In this document: positions 55,961 through 64,000 of the stretch, in pieces
Layout: the number at the start of each line of letters is the position of its first letter
Position numbering within the stretch: position 1 is the stretch's first letter
Assembly: GCA_007693335.1 (NCBI GenBank)
Contig: REDU01000064.1
Location: 104 to 64,103 of the forward strand
Direction of reading: 5' to 3'
DNA length: 64,000 bases
DNA from: Ilumatobacter sp.
GTDB taxonomy: Bacteria; Actinomycetota; Acidimicrobiia; Acidimicrobiales; Ilumatobacteraceae
Position numbers and translations under genes: made by a program
The notes under the pieces: model-generated
Databases searched by the model: none
What the model was told of the DNA's origin: nothing
What the model saw: the letters and a program-made list of their open reading frames with translations, nothing else

Positions 55961-56692
55961 TCAGGGTTCGATCGCTTCGAGGCCGAGCACGAACTCCTCG
56001 ATCAGACCGCGCATGTCCGCAGGAGGATCGTTCGCCAGGCAGGCCTCGGCCTCGACCGCGGCCGTCTCGGTGTCGCCCTCGAAGTTGGCGGCGATGATCG
56101 CGAGGAAGCAGTGCGGATCGGCATAGCCGGGTGCGACCTCGATCGACCGGCGCAGCGACGCCCGAGCCGTCTCGAGCGCCACCGGGCTCAACTCCTCACC
56201 GGCACCCTGGGCCATGATCGCGAGCAGCCATCCGTTGTACGCGAGCGCCTCGGCATGGTCGGGGCGCTGCTCCAACACCGCGCCGTAGAGACCCTGGGCA
56301 CCGACGACATCGCCGGCGAACATCTGTGATCGCGCCTGCACCAGCAAGCCGGGCACATCGCCGCCGGGGATACCGCCGGTGATCTCCTGACCGGGGAAGC
56401 GCTGCCCTGACGACTGCGCCACCAGCAGCCCGGTGGCCGCCGCCAGTGCGATCACCACACTGGTCCAACCGAGCAGACGCCACCAGTTGCGGGGTCGCTT
56501 CTGGGGCAGCGCAGCACGACCGGCCTCGATCGCACGGAGCACCTCGGCGGCTCGCACCGTGTAGCCGTCGCGCAGCACCTGGTAGTCGTGGTCGTCGACA
56601 TCGCCGTACCGGTGCTCACGCTCGAGGTCGCGGAGCGAATCGAGCAGGAAGCTCCGCTCCTCTTCCAGCTCGGCCAGACGATCGGGATCCAT
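55961..56692 (-). CDS. ccmI: CcmI-like TPR membrane protein (last gene of the ccm operon)
   Basis: A cytoplasmic coiled segment, one TM (WWRLLGWTSVVIALAAATGLLVA), then a TPR-like periplasmic part (GAQGLYGAVLEQRPDHAEALAYNGWLL). The assignment rests on position after ccmH. Confidence 0.55.
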   Translation of the reverse strand: MDPDRLAELEEERSFLLDSLRDLEREHRYGDVDDHDYQVLRDGYTVRAAEVLRAIEAGRAALPQKRPRNWWRLLGWTSVVIALAAATGLLVAQSSGQRFPGQEITGGIPGGDVPGLLVQARSQMFAGDVVGAQGLYGAVLEQRPDHAEALAYNGWLLAIMAQGAGEELSPVALETARASLRRSIEVAPGYADPHCFLAIIAANFEGDTETAAVEAEACLANDPPADMRGLIEEFVLGLEAIEP

Positions 56693-56718
56693 CGCCGTGC
56701 GACGTGTCACCGGCGCTG

Positions 56719-57240
56719 TCACGGCTCGTGGTCCCGTTCGTGATCGTGGAGCTGTTCGTCCTCGGACGCCAGGGCCGCGTCGACCAGGGAGTAGTCGTCG
56801 GCGGTGGCAGCTCGGTCGCCATCGGCCGCAGCACGCCAGCGGCGGAACGCCATCGCCAGACCCGCCACGCCCAGCACCAGCGCAGCAGCAGGGATGGCCC
56901 AGGCGAGCGCCTCGATACCGGTGGAACGCGGCACCAGGAGCACCTCCCCGCCGAACCGGTTCGCGATGTCCTCGATGATCTGGTCGTCGGAACGTTCGGC
57001 CTCGGCCACCTGGGCGCGGATCTCGGCACGGATGCTCTCGGACGCATTGTTGCGCGACTCGAAGACGCTCTCGCCCTGGCACACCGGGCAGGCCACCCGC
57101 CTCGAGACGTCATCCACCCGTTCGCCCGGCGAGCGAGGACCGGTATCGCGTGTCGAGCCCACGGCGAGCAGGCCGACCACGAGGAAGATCAGCAGGATCC
57201 ACGTGGGCCACCGCTTGATCGACTGCACCTGACGCGCCAC
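56719..57240 (-). CDS. ccmH: Cytochrome c-type biogenesis protein CcmH
   Basis: An N-terminal TM, then the RVACPVCQGESVFESRN CxxC motif and a second TM. Confidence 0.85.
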   Translation of the reverse strand: MARQVQSIKRWPTWILLIFLVVGLLAVGSTRDTGPRSPGERVDDVSRRVACPVCQGESVFESRNNASESIRAEIRAQVAEAERSDDQIIEDIANRFGGEVLLVPRSTGIEALAWAIPAAALVLGVAGLAMAFRRWRAAADGDRAATADDYSLVDAALASEDEQLHDHERDHEP

Positions 57241-57241
57241 C

Positions 57242-57835
57242 TCAGTTGCCCTCTCGGAACCGCTGGAGCTGTTGGCCGAGGAAGTCGGCGGTCACCTCGG
57301 AGATCAGACGCCGCTGCACCACCCCGTTGGGGTCGATGATCCAGGTCTCGGGCACCTGGGCCACGCCGAAGGCCACGGCGAAGCGTCCGTCGTGGTCGTA
57401 CACGACGGGCCAGTCTCCCCCGCCCTCCTCGGCGAAGAACTGCTCGACCGCGTCGCGGTCGTCGTCCACCACCACCTGGTAGAACTCGGCACCGTCGTTG
57501 CCGAGTGCCTCCTGTTGCGCCACGAACTCGATCAGCTCGGGATGCTCACGCTTACAGGGCACGCACCACGATGTGAAGAAGTTGACGACCACCCAGCTGC
57601 CCTTGCGGCGCGACAACTCGAACGTGCTGCCGTCGGCCAGCTCCCCGACGGCCTCGGGGGCCGGTCGACCCAGCAGATAGGTGGACGCCTCGCGGTTCTG
57701 CGTGGGGTCGGCGTTCGCCAGCACCACGAACAACCCGGCCATCACCACGGCGACCGCGAGCGCGATGAACGGCGCGACCGGCCTGCGCCGTCCACTCCGG
57801 TCAGTTGCCTCGCGCGTGTCGACGGCGTCGCTCAT
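57242..57835 (-). CDS. ccmG: Thiol:disulfide oxidoreductase CcmG/DsbE (TlpA family)
   Basis: A membrane anchor and a thioredoxin fold with WCVPC, and GVAQVPETWIIDPNG. The ATG overlaps the ccmF stop (ATGA). Confidence 0.87.
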   Translation of the reverse strand: MSDAVDTREATDRSGRRRPVAPFIALAVAVVMAGLFVVLANADPTQNREASTYLLGRPAPEAVGELADGSTFELSRRKGSWVVVNFFTSWCVPCKREHPELIEFVAQQEALGNDGAEFYQVVVDDDRDAVEQFFAEEGGGDWPVVYDHDGRFAVAFGVAQVPETWIIDPNGVVQRRLISEVTADFLGQQLQRFREGN

Positions 57836-59832
57836 CTCTGCTGCTCCGCACCGACGGGCACCGGCGCCGACACCGGATCGGTGGGGCGACGGCGGCGGCC
57901 GGGGAACGCGGCCAGCAACGTGCCCAGCATCATCAGTCCACTGCCGATCCAGAGCCACACGATCATCGGCTTGACGAACACCCGCAGCGTGGCGTCGGTG
58001 CTGCCCGGGAGCGGACGCACCGTCCCGTCGAGCGTCAGGTAGACGTCCTTGGTGAGGCTGGTGCTGACACTGGGCGTGCCGATGGTCTCACCGCGCTGGA
58101 GGTAGGTGGTGATGGCAGGGGCGAACGTACGGCCACCGTCGAGACGGATCTGGGCCGACACCACGCTGGCGCGGTCGTCGAGCGTCTCGGTGATCTCGAT
58201 CAACTCGAACGTGTGCCCACCCCACGACTGCACCGTGCCCACAGTCACGGGGATGTTGGCCGAGTGCGTGAAGCTGTTGGACGACGCCAGCCCGACCGCG
58301 ATGAGGATCACGCCGAGGTGCACCACCATCCCGCCGTTGGCACGGCCGACGAGGCCCCGCCAGCCCTGGCGACGGGTGGCCAGCACGAGCTGGCGAATGG
58401 CGGCGCCGCCGGCGAACCCGGCGAGCCCGAACGCGAGCAGCGGCGCCCAACCGGTGGCGCCCACGAGCACGGCGAATGCCAGCGCACCCACCCCGGCCCA
58501 GGCCGGCCAGAACAGCCGATCGCGCAGCAGCTCGGTGGAGGCCTTGCGCCAGGGCAGCACCGGTGCGATGCCCATGAGGAACAGCAGCATCAGCCCGAGC
58601 GGGGTCGACATGCGATCGAAGTAGGGGGCACCCACCACGGTGCGGCGGTCTTCGAGGGCTTCGATCAGCAGCGGGAACAGGGTGCCGAGCAGCACCACGA
58701 ACGCGAACGCGGTGAACAGCACGTTGTTGGCCAGGAAGGCACCCTCACGCGACACCGGCGAATCGATGGCACCGGGCGATCGCAGTCGGTCGCCGCGCCA
58801 CCCGATCAGTATCAGCGAGCCGATCACCACGACGGCGAAGAAACCGAGGAGGTACCCCTCGATGTCGCCGGCCGAGAACGCGTGGACGCTGTTGATGATG
58901 CCCGATCGCGTGATGAACGTGCCCAGGATCGTGAGTGCGAACGTGGCGATCAGCAGGCTGATGTTCCAGACGCGCAGCATGCCGCGCCGCTCCTGTACGA
59001 GTACGGAGTGGATGTACGCCGTGCCGGTGAGCCACGGCAGCAGGCTGGCGTTCTCGACGGGGTCCCAGCCCCAGACACCGCCCCAGCCGAGCACCTCGTA
59101 GGCCCACCAGCCACCGAGGATGATGCCGATGGTGAGGAACGCCCAGGAGAACAGCGCCCAGCGGCGGGTCTCCATCAGCCATCCCTCGCCCACACGACCG
59201 GTGATGAGCGCGGCGATGGCGAACGCGAACGGCACCGTGAAACCGATGTACCCGAGGTACAGCAGCGGCGGGTGGAAGATCACCAGGATGTGGTTCTGCA
59301 ACAGTGGGTTCGGTCCCGGGCCGTCGAAGCCGAGCCCCACGGGCGGACCAGCGGCGAAGGGCGACGCCGGGCCGAACGACACGAACGCGAAGAACGCCGA
59401 GACCACGAACATGATCACGAGCGCCCAACCCACGAGCGGATCGTCGGTGCGGGCGCGGAACCGCCACGCGACCGCCGCGGTGAAGCCGGCCAGGACCAGC
59501 ACCCACAGCAGCAGCGACCCCTCGAGCGCGCTCCACATGGCCGCCACGTTGTAGAGCGCCGGGGTGGCCGACGAGCCCACCTGCTGCACGTACGCGAGTG
59601 AATAATCGCGGGTGATGAGCGCCCGCTGCATCATGATCACCGACAGCACGGCGCCCGCCAACGCCAGCCAGGCGTAACGCGGCGCGTGCTGCAGGGTGCG
59701 CGTGGCGCGGGCCCGGATCGAGAACGCCGTGGCGAACGCACCGAACGTGGTGGCCGAGAGCATGAGCAGCAACCCGGCGTTGCCGAGTGCGCTGTTCAGA
59801 CTGGCCGCGAGCACGCTTCCGCCCGGCGTCAC
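57832..59832 (-). CDS. ccmF: Cytochrome c heme lyase subunit CcmF
   Basis: A 666-aa polytopic protein with the WWD motif WGGVWGWDPVENASLLPWL. Confidence 0.93.
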   Translation of the reverse strand: MTPGGSVLAASLNSALGNAGLLLMLSATTFGAFATAFSIRARATRTLQHAPRYAWLALAGAVLSVIMMQRALITRDYSLAYVQQVGSSATPALYNVAAMWSALEGSLLLWVLVLAGFTAAVAWRFRARTDDPLVGWALVIMFVVSAFFAFVSFGPASPFAAGPPVGLGFDGPGPNPLLQNHILVIFHPPLLYLGYIGFTVPFAFAIAALITGRVGEGWLMETRRWALFSWAFLTIGIILGGWWAYEVLGWGGVWGWDPVENASLLPWLTGTAYIHSVLVQERRGMLRVWNISLLIATFALTILGTFITRSGIINSVHAFSAGDIEGYLLGFFAVVVIGSLILIGWRGDRLRSPGAIDSPVSREGAFLANNVLFTAFAFVVLLGTLFPLLIEALEDRRTVVGAPYFDRMSTPLGLMLLFLMGIAPVLPWRKASTELLRDRLFWPAWAGVGALAFAVLVGATGWAPLLAFGLAGFAGGAAIRQLVLATRRQGWRGLVGRANGGMVVHLGVILIAVGLASSNSFTHSANIPVTVGTVQSWGGHTFELIEITETLDDRASVVSAQIRLDGGRTFAPAITTYLQRGETIGTPSVSTSLTKDVYLTLDGTVRPLPGSTDATLRVFVKPMIVWLWIGSGLMMLGTLLAAFPGRRRRPTDPVSAPVPVGAEQQR

Positions 59833-60305
59833 GCCGCTCCCGCGTCGCAGCCCTCGAACTCGGCCTCGTCGATACGCTCGGAGTTCACGGCCACGTACTC
59901 CTCGGAGTGCTTCACCTCGACGCGGTCACCCACGAACGTGGGCCCGTCGAGCACCCCGTGCACCACCACGGGGATGCATTCTTTGAAGATGCCGCCCGGC
60001 TCGCCGTCGTACCGCACTGACTGGGTGGCTCCGTTGAAGCTCACCGTGAACGAGGTGACACCGCGCTCGTTGAGCACCGATCCCTCGTCGACCGTGCCCT
60101 GGATGCGCAGCCGACGGTCGGTGTCGCATCCAGCCCGTTCGCCCACCTCGTCGACGTTGCAGTAGTAGTCGACGGCCGAGGTGAGGAACTGCACGACGAT
60201 CACCCCGCCGGCCACGACCACCAGGGCGAGCACGAGCATCGGGAGCGCTCGACGTCGAGTGCGACGGGGCGCGGGCGGGGCGGGGCGGGGGGTGAGGTCG
60301 GTCAT
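59829..60305 (-). CDS. ccmE: Heme chaperone CcmE
   Basis: A membrane anchor, an OB-fold (RLRIQGTV), and the heme-binding HxxxY in VEVKHSEEYVA. Confidence 0.9.
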   Translation of the reverse strand: MTDLTPRPAPPAPRRTRRRALPMLVLALVVVAGGVIVVQFLTSAVDYYCNVDEVGERAGCDTDRRLRIQGTVDEGSVLNERGVTSFTVSFNGATQSVRYDGEPGGIFKECIPVVVHGVLDGPTFVGDRVEVKHSEEYVAVNSERIDEAEFEGCDAGAA

Positions 60306-60436
60306 GTCCAGTACTGCTCCTCGGGGGGCACCTGCTGGGCGAGTTTGCGACCACGACGTATCGTGGTCCAGGCGAAGATGGCGATGGCAGCGAACGTGAT
60401 CGCGTAGCTGCCGATGATGAATCCTGCGTCGTCCAC
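60302..60436 (-). CDS. ccmD: Heme exporter protein CcmD (small single-TM protein)
   Basis: The GTG at 60436 lies 2 nt after the ccmC stop. VDDAGFIIGSYAITFAAIAIFAWTTIRRGRKL gives one TM plus a basic tail. It overlaps the ccmE start. Confidence 0.6.
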   Translation of the reverse strand: MDDAGFIIGSYAITFAAIAIFAWTTIRRGRKLAQQVPPEEQYWT

Positions 60437-60437
60437 G

Positions 60438-61217
60438 TCAGTTCTCTCCCTCGGCACGGCGCGCGGCCAGGGCGGCCTCGAGTCCGTGATCGTCGAGTGC
60501 ATCCTCGAGCGCCATCACCCTGGTGCGGTGCAGCATCAGCCACACGTAGATGAGCGCGAACGCCACGACGCCCACGAACAGACTGAACAGCATCAGGCCG
60601 TCCATCTTGACCTGGCCGTCGGTGCGCAGCACGGTGGCCTCCTGGTGGAGACTCCGCCACAGGCGCACGCTCCAGTGCACGAGCGGGATCAGGAGCACGG
60701 CCAGCATGCCGATCACCGCGCTCCGGCGGGCGCGCTGGTGGTGACTGCCCCCGAGGCGGCGCACGGCGAGGTAGCCGATGTAGGTCACGAACAGCAGGGC
60801 CGTGGTGGTGAGACGAGCGTCCCACTGCCAGAACACGCCCCACGTGAGCCGGCCCCACAGTGCGCCCACCACGAGCGTGAGCGCCACGAACAACACGCCG
60901 ATCTCGGCACTGGCACCCGCGGCGCGGTCGAAACCGAGCGCGTGGTTCTTCGTGAACATGTAGAGGCCCGAGCAGATCGCGGTCACCACGAACGCCACGT
61001 ACGCCACCCAGATCGTCGGCACGTGCACGTAGAGGATGCGGACCGATTCCTCCTGGTCGCGATCGGCGGGCGAGAACCCGAGACCGAAGGCCACCAACCA
61101 GGCGACGGCCACGAGCGCGAGGATCCCGAGCACCCGGGTGGCGGTCGTGCCGGTTCCGGGCCGTCGGGAACGGTCGGGACCGGTCGTGGCGCCGGGAGGG
61201 GTCTGCGTCTCGGTCAT
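60438..61217 (-). CDS. ccmC: Heme exporter/heme-handling protein CcmC
   Basis: WWD motif WGRLTWGVFWQWDARLT, with the conserved flanking His residues. Confidence 0.92.
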   Translation of the reverse strand: MTETQTPPGATTGPDRSRRPGTGTTATRVLGILALVAVAWLVAFGLGFSPADRDQEESVRILYVHVPTIWVAYVAFVVTAICSGLYMFTKNHALGFDRAAGASAEIGVLFVALTLVVGALWGRLTWGVFWQWDARLTTTALLFVTYIGYLAVRRLGGSHHQRARRSAVIGMLAVLLIPLVHWSVRLWRSLHQEATVLRTDGQVKMDGLMLFSLFVGVVAFALIYVWLMLHRTRVMALEDALDDHGLEAALAARRAEGEN

Positions 61218-61242
61218 GGTGCTCGTTCCGGTCTGGGGTCGT

Positions 61243-61926
61243 TCACTCGTCGATCAGAGGCCCGAAGGCCAAGGTGCCGCCGACACCGAACGCGACGGCG
61301 AAGACGGTGAGCAGGCCCACCCAGGGCCAGCCCTCCGACACCACCGCCCCGGCGGTACCGAGGGCCGATTCGACCGCTCGAGTTGCTCCGATCAGGACGG
61401 GCGCCACCACCGGGAGCACGAGTAACGGGAGCAGTGTCTCCCGTCCTCGGAACCCGGCGGCGAGGCCTCCGTACAATGTACCGACCACAGCGAGCCCACA
61501 GGTAGCGGTGATGAGGGTGGTGACCAAGAGCACGCCGCCCTCGAGACGGATCTCGGCGCCGTAGAGCACCACGGCCGTGCCGAGCAGGATCACCTCGAGC
61601 ACCGCCAGCTGCACGGCCAGCGCCAGGGCCTTGCCGAGGAAGAGCGCGGCGGGGTCGACGCCGGCCACTCGGAGGGCATCGAGGCCGCCGTCGTCGGTCT
61701 CGATCGCATAAGCGCGCTGCACCAGTACGAGCATGCTGAACAGCGTGGCCAGCCACACGAGACCGGGCGCCACCCGCTGCAGCACCACGTCGGCGTCGAG
61801 CGCGAACGCGAACATGACCATCGTGACCGCGGCGAACGGCACGATCTGGTTGGTGACGACCCGGCTGCGCCGCTCGATGCGGAGATCCTTGCCGGCCACG
61901 AGCAACGCCACGCGCCACACCCTCAC
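61243..61926 (-). CDS. ccmB: Heme exporter membrane protein CcmB
   Basis: 227 aa with six TM segments and a typical CcmB N-terminus (LLVAGKDLRIERRSR). It overlaps the ccmA stop. Confidence 0.9.
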   Translation of the reverse strand: MRVWRVALLVAGKDLRIERRSRVVTNQIVPFAAVTMVMFAFALDADVVLQRVAPGLVWLATLFSMLVLVQRAYAIETDDGGLDALRVAGVDPAALFLGKALALAVQLAVLEVILLGTAVVLYGAEIRLEGGVLLVTTLITATCGLAVVGTLYGGLAAGFRGRETLLPLLVLPVVAPVLIGATRAVESALGTAGAVVSEGWPWVGLLTVFAVAFGVGGTLAFGPLIDE

Positions 61927-62696
61927 GTCGGGTCACCCTCGTGCGGCTGACCGGCCTCGGTCGCCCGGCCGGCCACGACGTCGATGGTGCGGGTGGCAAG
62001 CGCCCCGGTGCGCTCGAGCTCGTGGCTGGCGACCAGCACGGTGGCGCCGGCCGACGCCGCCTGGTGCAGTGTCTCGTCGAGCTCATCGCGACCGATCGCA
62101 TCGAGGCCGGCATGGGGCTCGTCGAGCAACCACACCTCGGCTCGTCGCGCCACCAGGCAGGCGAGCGCGGTGCGGCGCTTCTGCCCCGCCGACAGGCGCC
62201 GTACGGGCACGTCGGCGAGTCGGCCCGACAGATCGAGGCGCTCGAGGGCACCGTCGACCTCGTCGGACGACGCGCCCACGGTGGCGCCCCAGAAACGGAC
62301 GTTCTCGGTCACGCTGAGATCGGCGTACAGCCCGTTGGAGTGACCGAGCAGCCCGACCCGGGTGCGCACGGCGTCACGCTCGGCCACGAGATCGAGGCCG
62401 AGCACCCGGCCGCGGCCGCGCACGACCGGCACGAGTCCGGCGCAGAGTCGCAGCACGGTGGTCTTGCCCGCGCCGTTGGGGCCACGCAGCAGCACGATCT
62501 CGCCGCGCTCGACCCGTAACGACAGCCCGGCGAGCGCCGGGAACGAGCCGAGCACGGCCACCACGTCGACCAGATCGATCACCGGCTCGACCAGCTCGAT
62601 CACCGGGTCGGTCACGGGGCTCGACGCTATCGGCCGGCCCGACCACAGGCTCGGAACCGTGCCCGATAGCGTCTCGGGCGTGGCGGACACGAGCAT
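61923..62696 (-). CDS. ccmA: Heme exporter ATP-binding protein CcmA
   Basis: Walker A GPNGAGKTT, signature LSAGQKRR and Walker B LLDEPHAGLD. The start is uncertain: ATG 62696, or GTG 62615 or 62603. Confidence 0.85.
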   Translation of the reverse strand: MLVSATPETLSGTVPSLWSGRPIASSPVTDPVIELVEPVIDLVDVVAVLGSFPALAGLSLRVERGEIVLLRGPNGAGKTTVLRLCAGLVPVVRGRGRVLGLDLVAERDAVRTRVGLLGHSNGLYADLSVTENVRFWGATVGASSDEVDGALERLDLSGRLADVPVRRLSAGQKRRTALACLVARRAEVWLLDEPHAGLDAIGRDELDETLHQAASAGATVLVASHELERTGALATRTIDVVAGRATEAGQPHEGDPT

Positions 62697-62757
62697 CGAC
62701 CCGGCGATCGAGACGGAGGGTGCCCCGCCCTCCGACACCACCTCGCCCGAACCACAT

Positions 62758-64000
62758 GTGCGGTGGATCACCCGGCGGCGACTCGCCAAATGGGACCGGC
62801 CGCGCGGTCCGCACGACTGGCGATGGTTCGTCGGCACCACCGGGCGCATCCTGATCGCCACCGGCCTGTTGATGTTCGGATTCGTGGCCTACCAGCTGTG
62901 GGGCACGGGACTCGAGACCGCTCGAGCCCAGCGTGCCCTCACCACCGAGTTCGACGCGCTGCTCGAGGTCACCCCCGAACCGGCTCCACCCCCCGTCACC
63001 GCACCACCCGAACCCGAGCCCGAACCCGACGACGGGATCGATGACGCCGAACCCGCACCGGAACCCGAACCGGAACCGGAACCCGAACCCGAACCCGAGC
63101 CGCAGGTGCCCGAACCCGTCGTGCTCCGCGGGGCGCCGGTCGCCCGCATCGAGATGCCCACCATCGGTGTGGAGGAGATCGTCGTGTCGGGCGTGGCGCC
63201 CAACGACCTGCAGAAGGGGCCCGGCCACTTCCCCAGCACACCGCTGCCGGGTCAACTCGGCAACTCCTCGATCGCCGGGCACCGCACCACCTACGGACAG
63301 CCGTTCCGCGACGTCGATCGACTCGAGCCGGGTGACGAGATCATCATGACCACGGTGCAGGGCACGTTCGTGTACCGGGTGACGGGCACCCAGATCGTGT
63401 CACCGCAGGACTCCCACGTCGTGACCACCACCGACCCCGACGTGGCCGAGCTCACGCTCGTGTCGTGTCACCCGGTCCTCTCGGCGGCACAGCGCATCAT
63501 CATCTCCGCCGATCTCGACCTCGATCAGTCGACACCGCTGCCCGCCACCGTGACGAGCGATCCCGACGACGAAGTCCTCGACGAGCTGCCGACCGAAGAT
63601 CTCGATGCGGCGCCCGAACCGGAGCCGGCACCCGAGGCGGAACCGGTCCCCGACGCAGCACCGACCCCCGAACCCGAGCCGTCGCCCGAACCGGTCGACG
63701 AGACCGTCGACGAGACCGTCGACGAGACCGGCGACGACGAGACCGTTGACGAGGTCACGGTTGCCGACGTGGACGACGAGCTCGACGACGCCTTCGGTCG
63801 TGGCTGGTTCCACGACCAGGACGCCTTCGGCCAGATCGGTCTCTGGGGCGCAGCCCTCGCGCTCATCTCGATCCTGGCCTACGGGCTCAGCCGGGTCACT
63901 CGACGCGACCTGGTCGGGTTCACGCTCGGCGTCGCCCCCTTCGCGGTGGCTGCGTTCTTCTTCTTCCAGAACGTCAACCGGCTGCTCCCGCCGGGCCTCT
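62758..64000 (+). CDS. Class E-like sortase with long acidic/Pro-rich linkers and a C-terminal membrane segment; 3' end outside the window
   Basis: Not in the supplied ORF track because there is no stop before the window end. My own translation from the GTG at 62758 gives VRWITRRRLAKW.., a TM (ILIATGLLMFGFVAYQLW), the catalytic IAGHRTT, LTLVSCHP and AAQRIIISA, then a DE/P-rich tail and further TM helices (LWGAALALISILAYGL, VAPFAVAAFFFF). A GTG at 62680 is an alternative start. Confidence 0.8.
   Translation, partial: MRWITRRRLAKWDRPRGPHDWRWFVGTTGRILIATGLLMFGFVAYQLWGTGLETARAQRALTTEFDALLEVTPEPAPPPVTAPPEPEPEPDDGIDDAEPAPEPEPEPEPEPEPEPQVPEPVVLRGAPVARIEMPTIGVEEIVVSGVAPNDLQKGPGHFPSTPLPGQLGNSSIAGHRTTYGQPFRDVDRLEPGDEIIMTTVQGTFVYRVTGTQIVSPQDSHVVTTTDPDVAELTLVSCHPVLSAAQRIIISADLDLDQSTPLPATVTSDPDDEVLDELPTEDLDAAPEPEPAPEAEPVPDAAPTPEPEPSPEPVDETVDETVDETGDDETVDEVTVADVDDELDDAFGRGWFHDQDAFGQIGLWGAALALISILAYGLSRVTRRDLVGFTLGVAPFAVAAFFFFQNVNRLLPPGL
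63061..63102 (+). repeat. In-frame hexamer repeat (gaaccc/gaaccg) x7 encoding (EP)n in the sortase linker
   Basis: Read directly. It generates the periodic G/S/R-rich ORFs seen in other frames and on the other strand. Confidence 0.9.
63694..63753 (+). repeat. In-frame 12-bp tandem repeat (gtcgacgagacc x3 plus degenerate copies) encoding (VDET)n
   Basis: Read directly, in the sortase C-terminal acidic region. Confidence 0.85.

Noticed and set aside
55961-62696. The ccm operon as a recently acquired genomic island
   Set aside because: I saw no flanking tRNA, integrase, transposase or direct repeats. Codon and GC texture look the same as in the neighbours. Any transfer, if it happened, is ancient. 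The oddity is kept as a finding about lineage distribution only.
63046-63760. A CRISPR-like or satellite array suggested by short periodic repeats
   Set aside because: The units are 6-15 bp, directly abutting with no spacers, in frame, and they encode acidic/proline linkers of the sortase. No cas genes are present. The same reasoning applies to 6517..6600.

Overview
This is a very GC-rich window (GC not computed) that is almost entirely coding. It looks like core chromosome of an actinobacterium: it carries WhiB next to PdtaS, the MSMEG_4193-type three-gene system, a UdgB-type glycosylase and MsiK. The class cannot be fixed by eye. I support about 68 CDS. I found no rRNA, tRNA, CRISPR array, transposase, integrase or phage genes.

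Gene order, left to right:
- A partial hydrolase-like gene and a photolyase-like gene.
- A LacI-deoC-deoA operon, divergent from malEFG.
- A second LacI regulon: a sugar ABC importer followed by an aldo-keto reductase and an SsuD-type monooxygenase, convergent with msiK.
- ogt and ada/alkA, then an MFS transporter.
- A doubled ATP-grasp / alpha-E / transglutaminase cluster, then an acyl-CoA dehydrogenase.
- amt, two PII genes and an frhB-like gene.
- An esterase and UdgB, then phosphomutase / DUF3090 / kinase-like plus one unknown gene.
- etfBA, a DAG-kinase-like gene and a GDPD gene.
- whiB, mscS and pdtaS, then aguB-aguA plus an HD protein.
- DUF3107, two ArsA-like ATPases and an RlmI-like methyltransferase.
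- An HTH regulator divergent from mrp, followed by small genes.
- A complete System I ccmABCDEFGH(I) operon.
- A class E sortase that runs off the right edge of the window.

Many neighbouring genes share 4-nt ATGA or GTGA stop/start overlaps, which supports the operon calls.

The most interesting candidates are all inference and need database searches or experiments:
1. The ABC importer + AKR + SsuD-like cassette may be an actinobacterial sulfosugar desulfonation route.
2. The double ATP-grasp / alpha-E / transglutaminase module is a predicted but uncharacterised peptide-ligase system.
3. The actinobacterial three-gene kinase / phosphomutase / DUF3090 system has an extra coupled gene here.
4. 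An HD protein with a diiron-oxygenase ligand pattern is coupled to aguBA.
5. A System I Ccm operon sits in a WhiB-bearing genome.
6. The photolyase-like protein appears to have its domains in permuted order.

Gene starts are approximate wherever alternative GTG codons exist.
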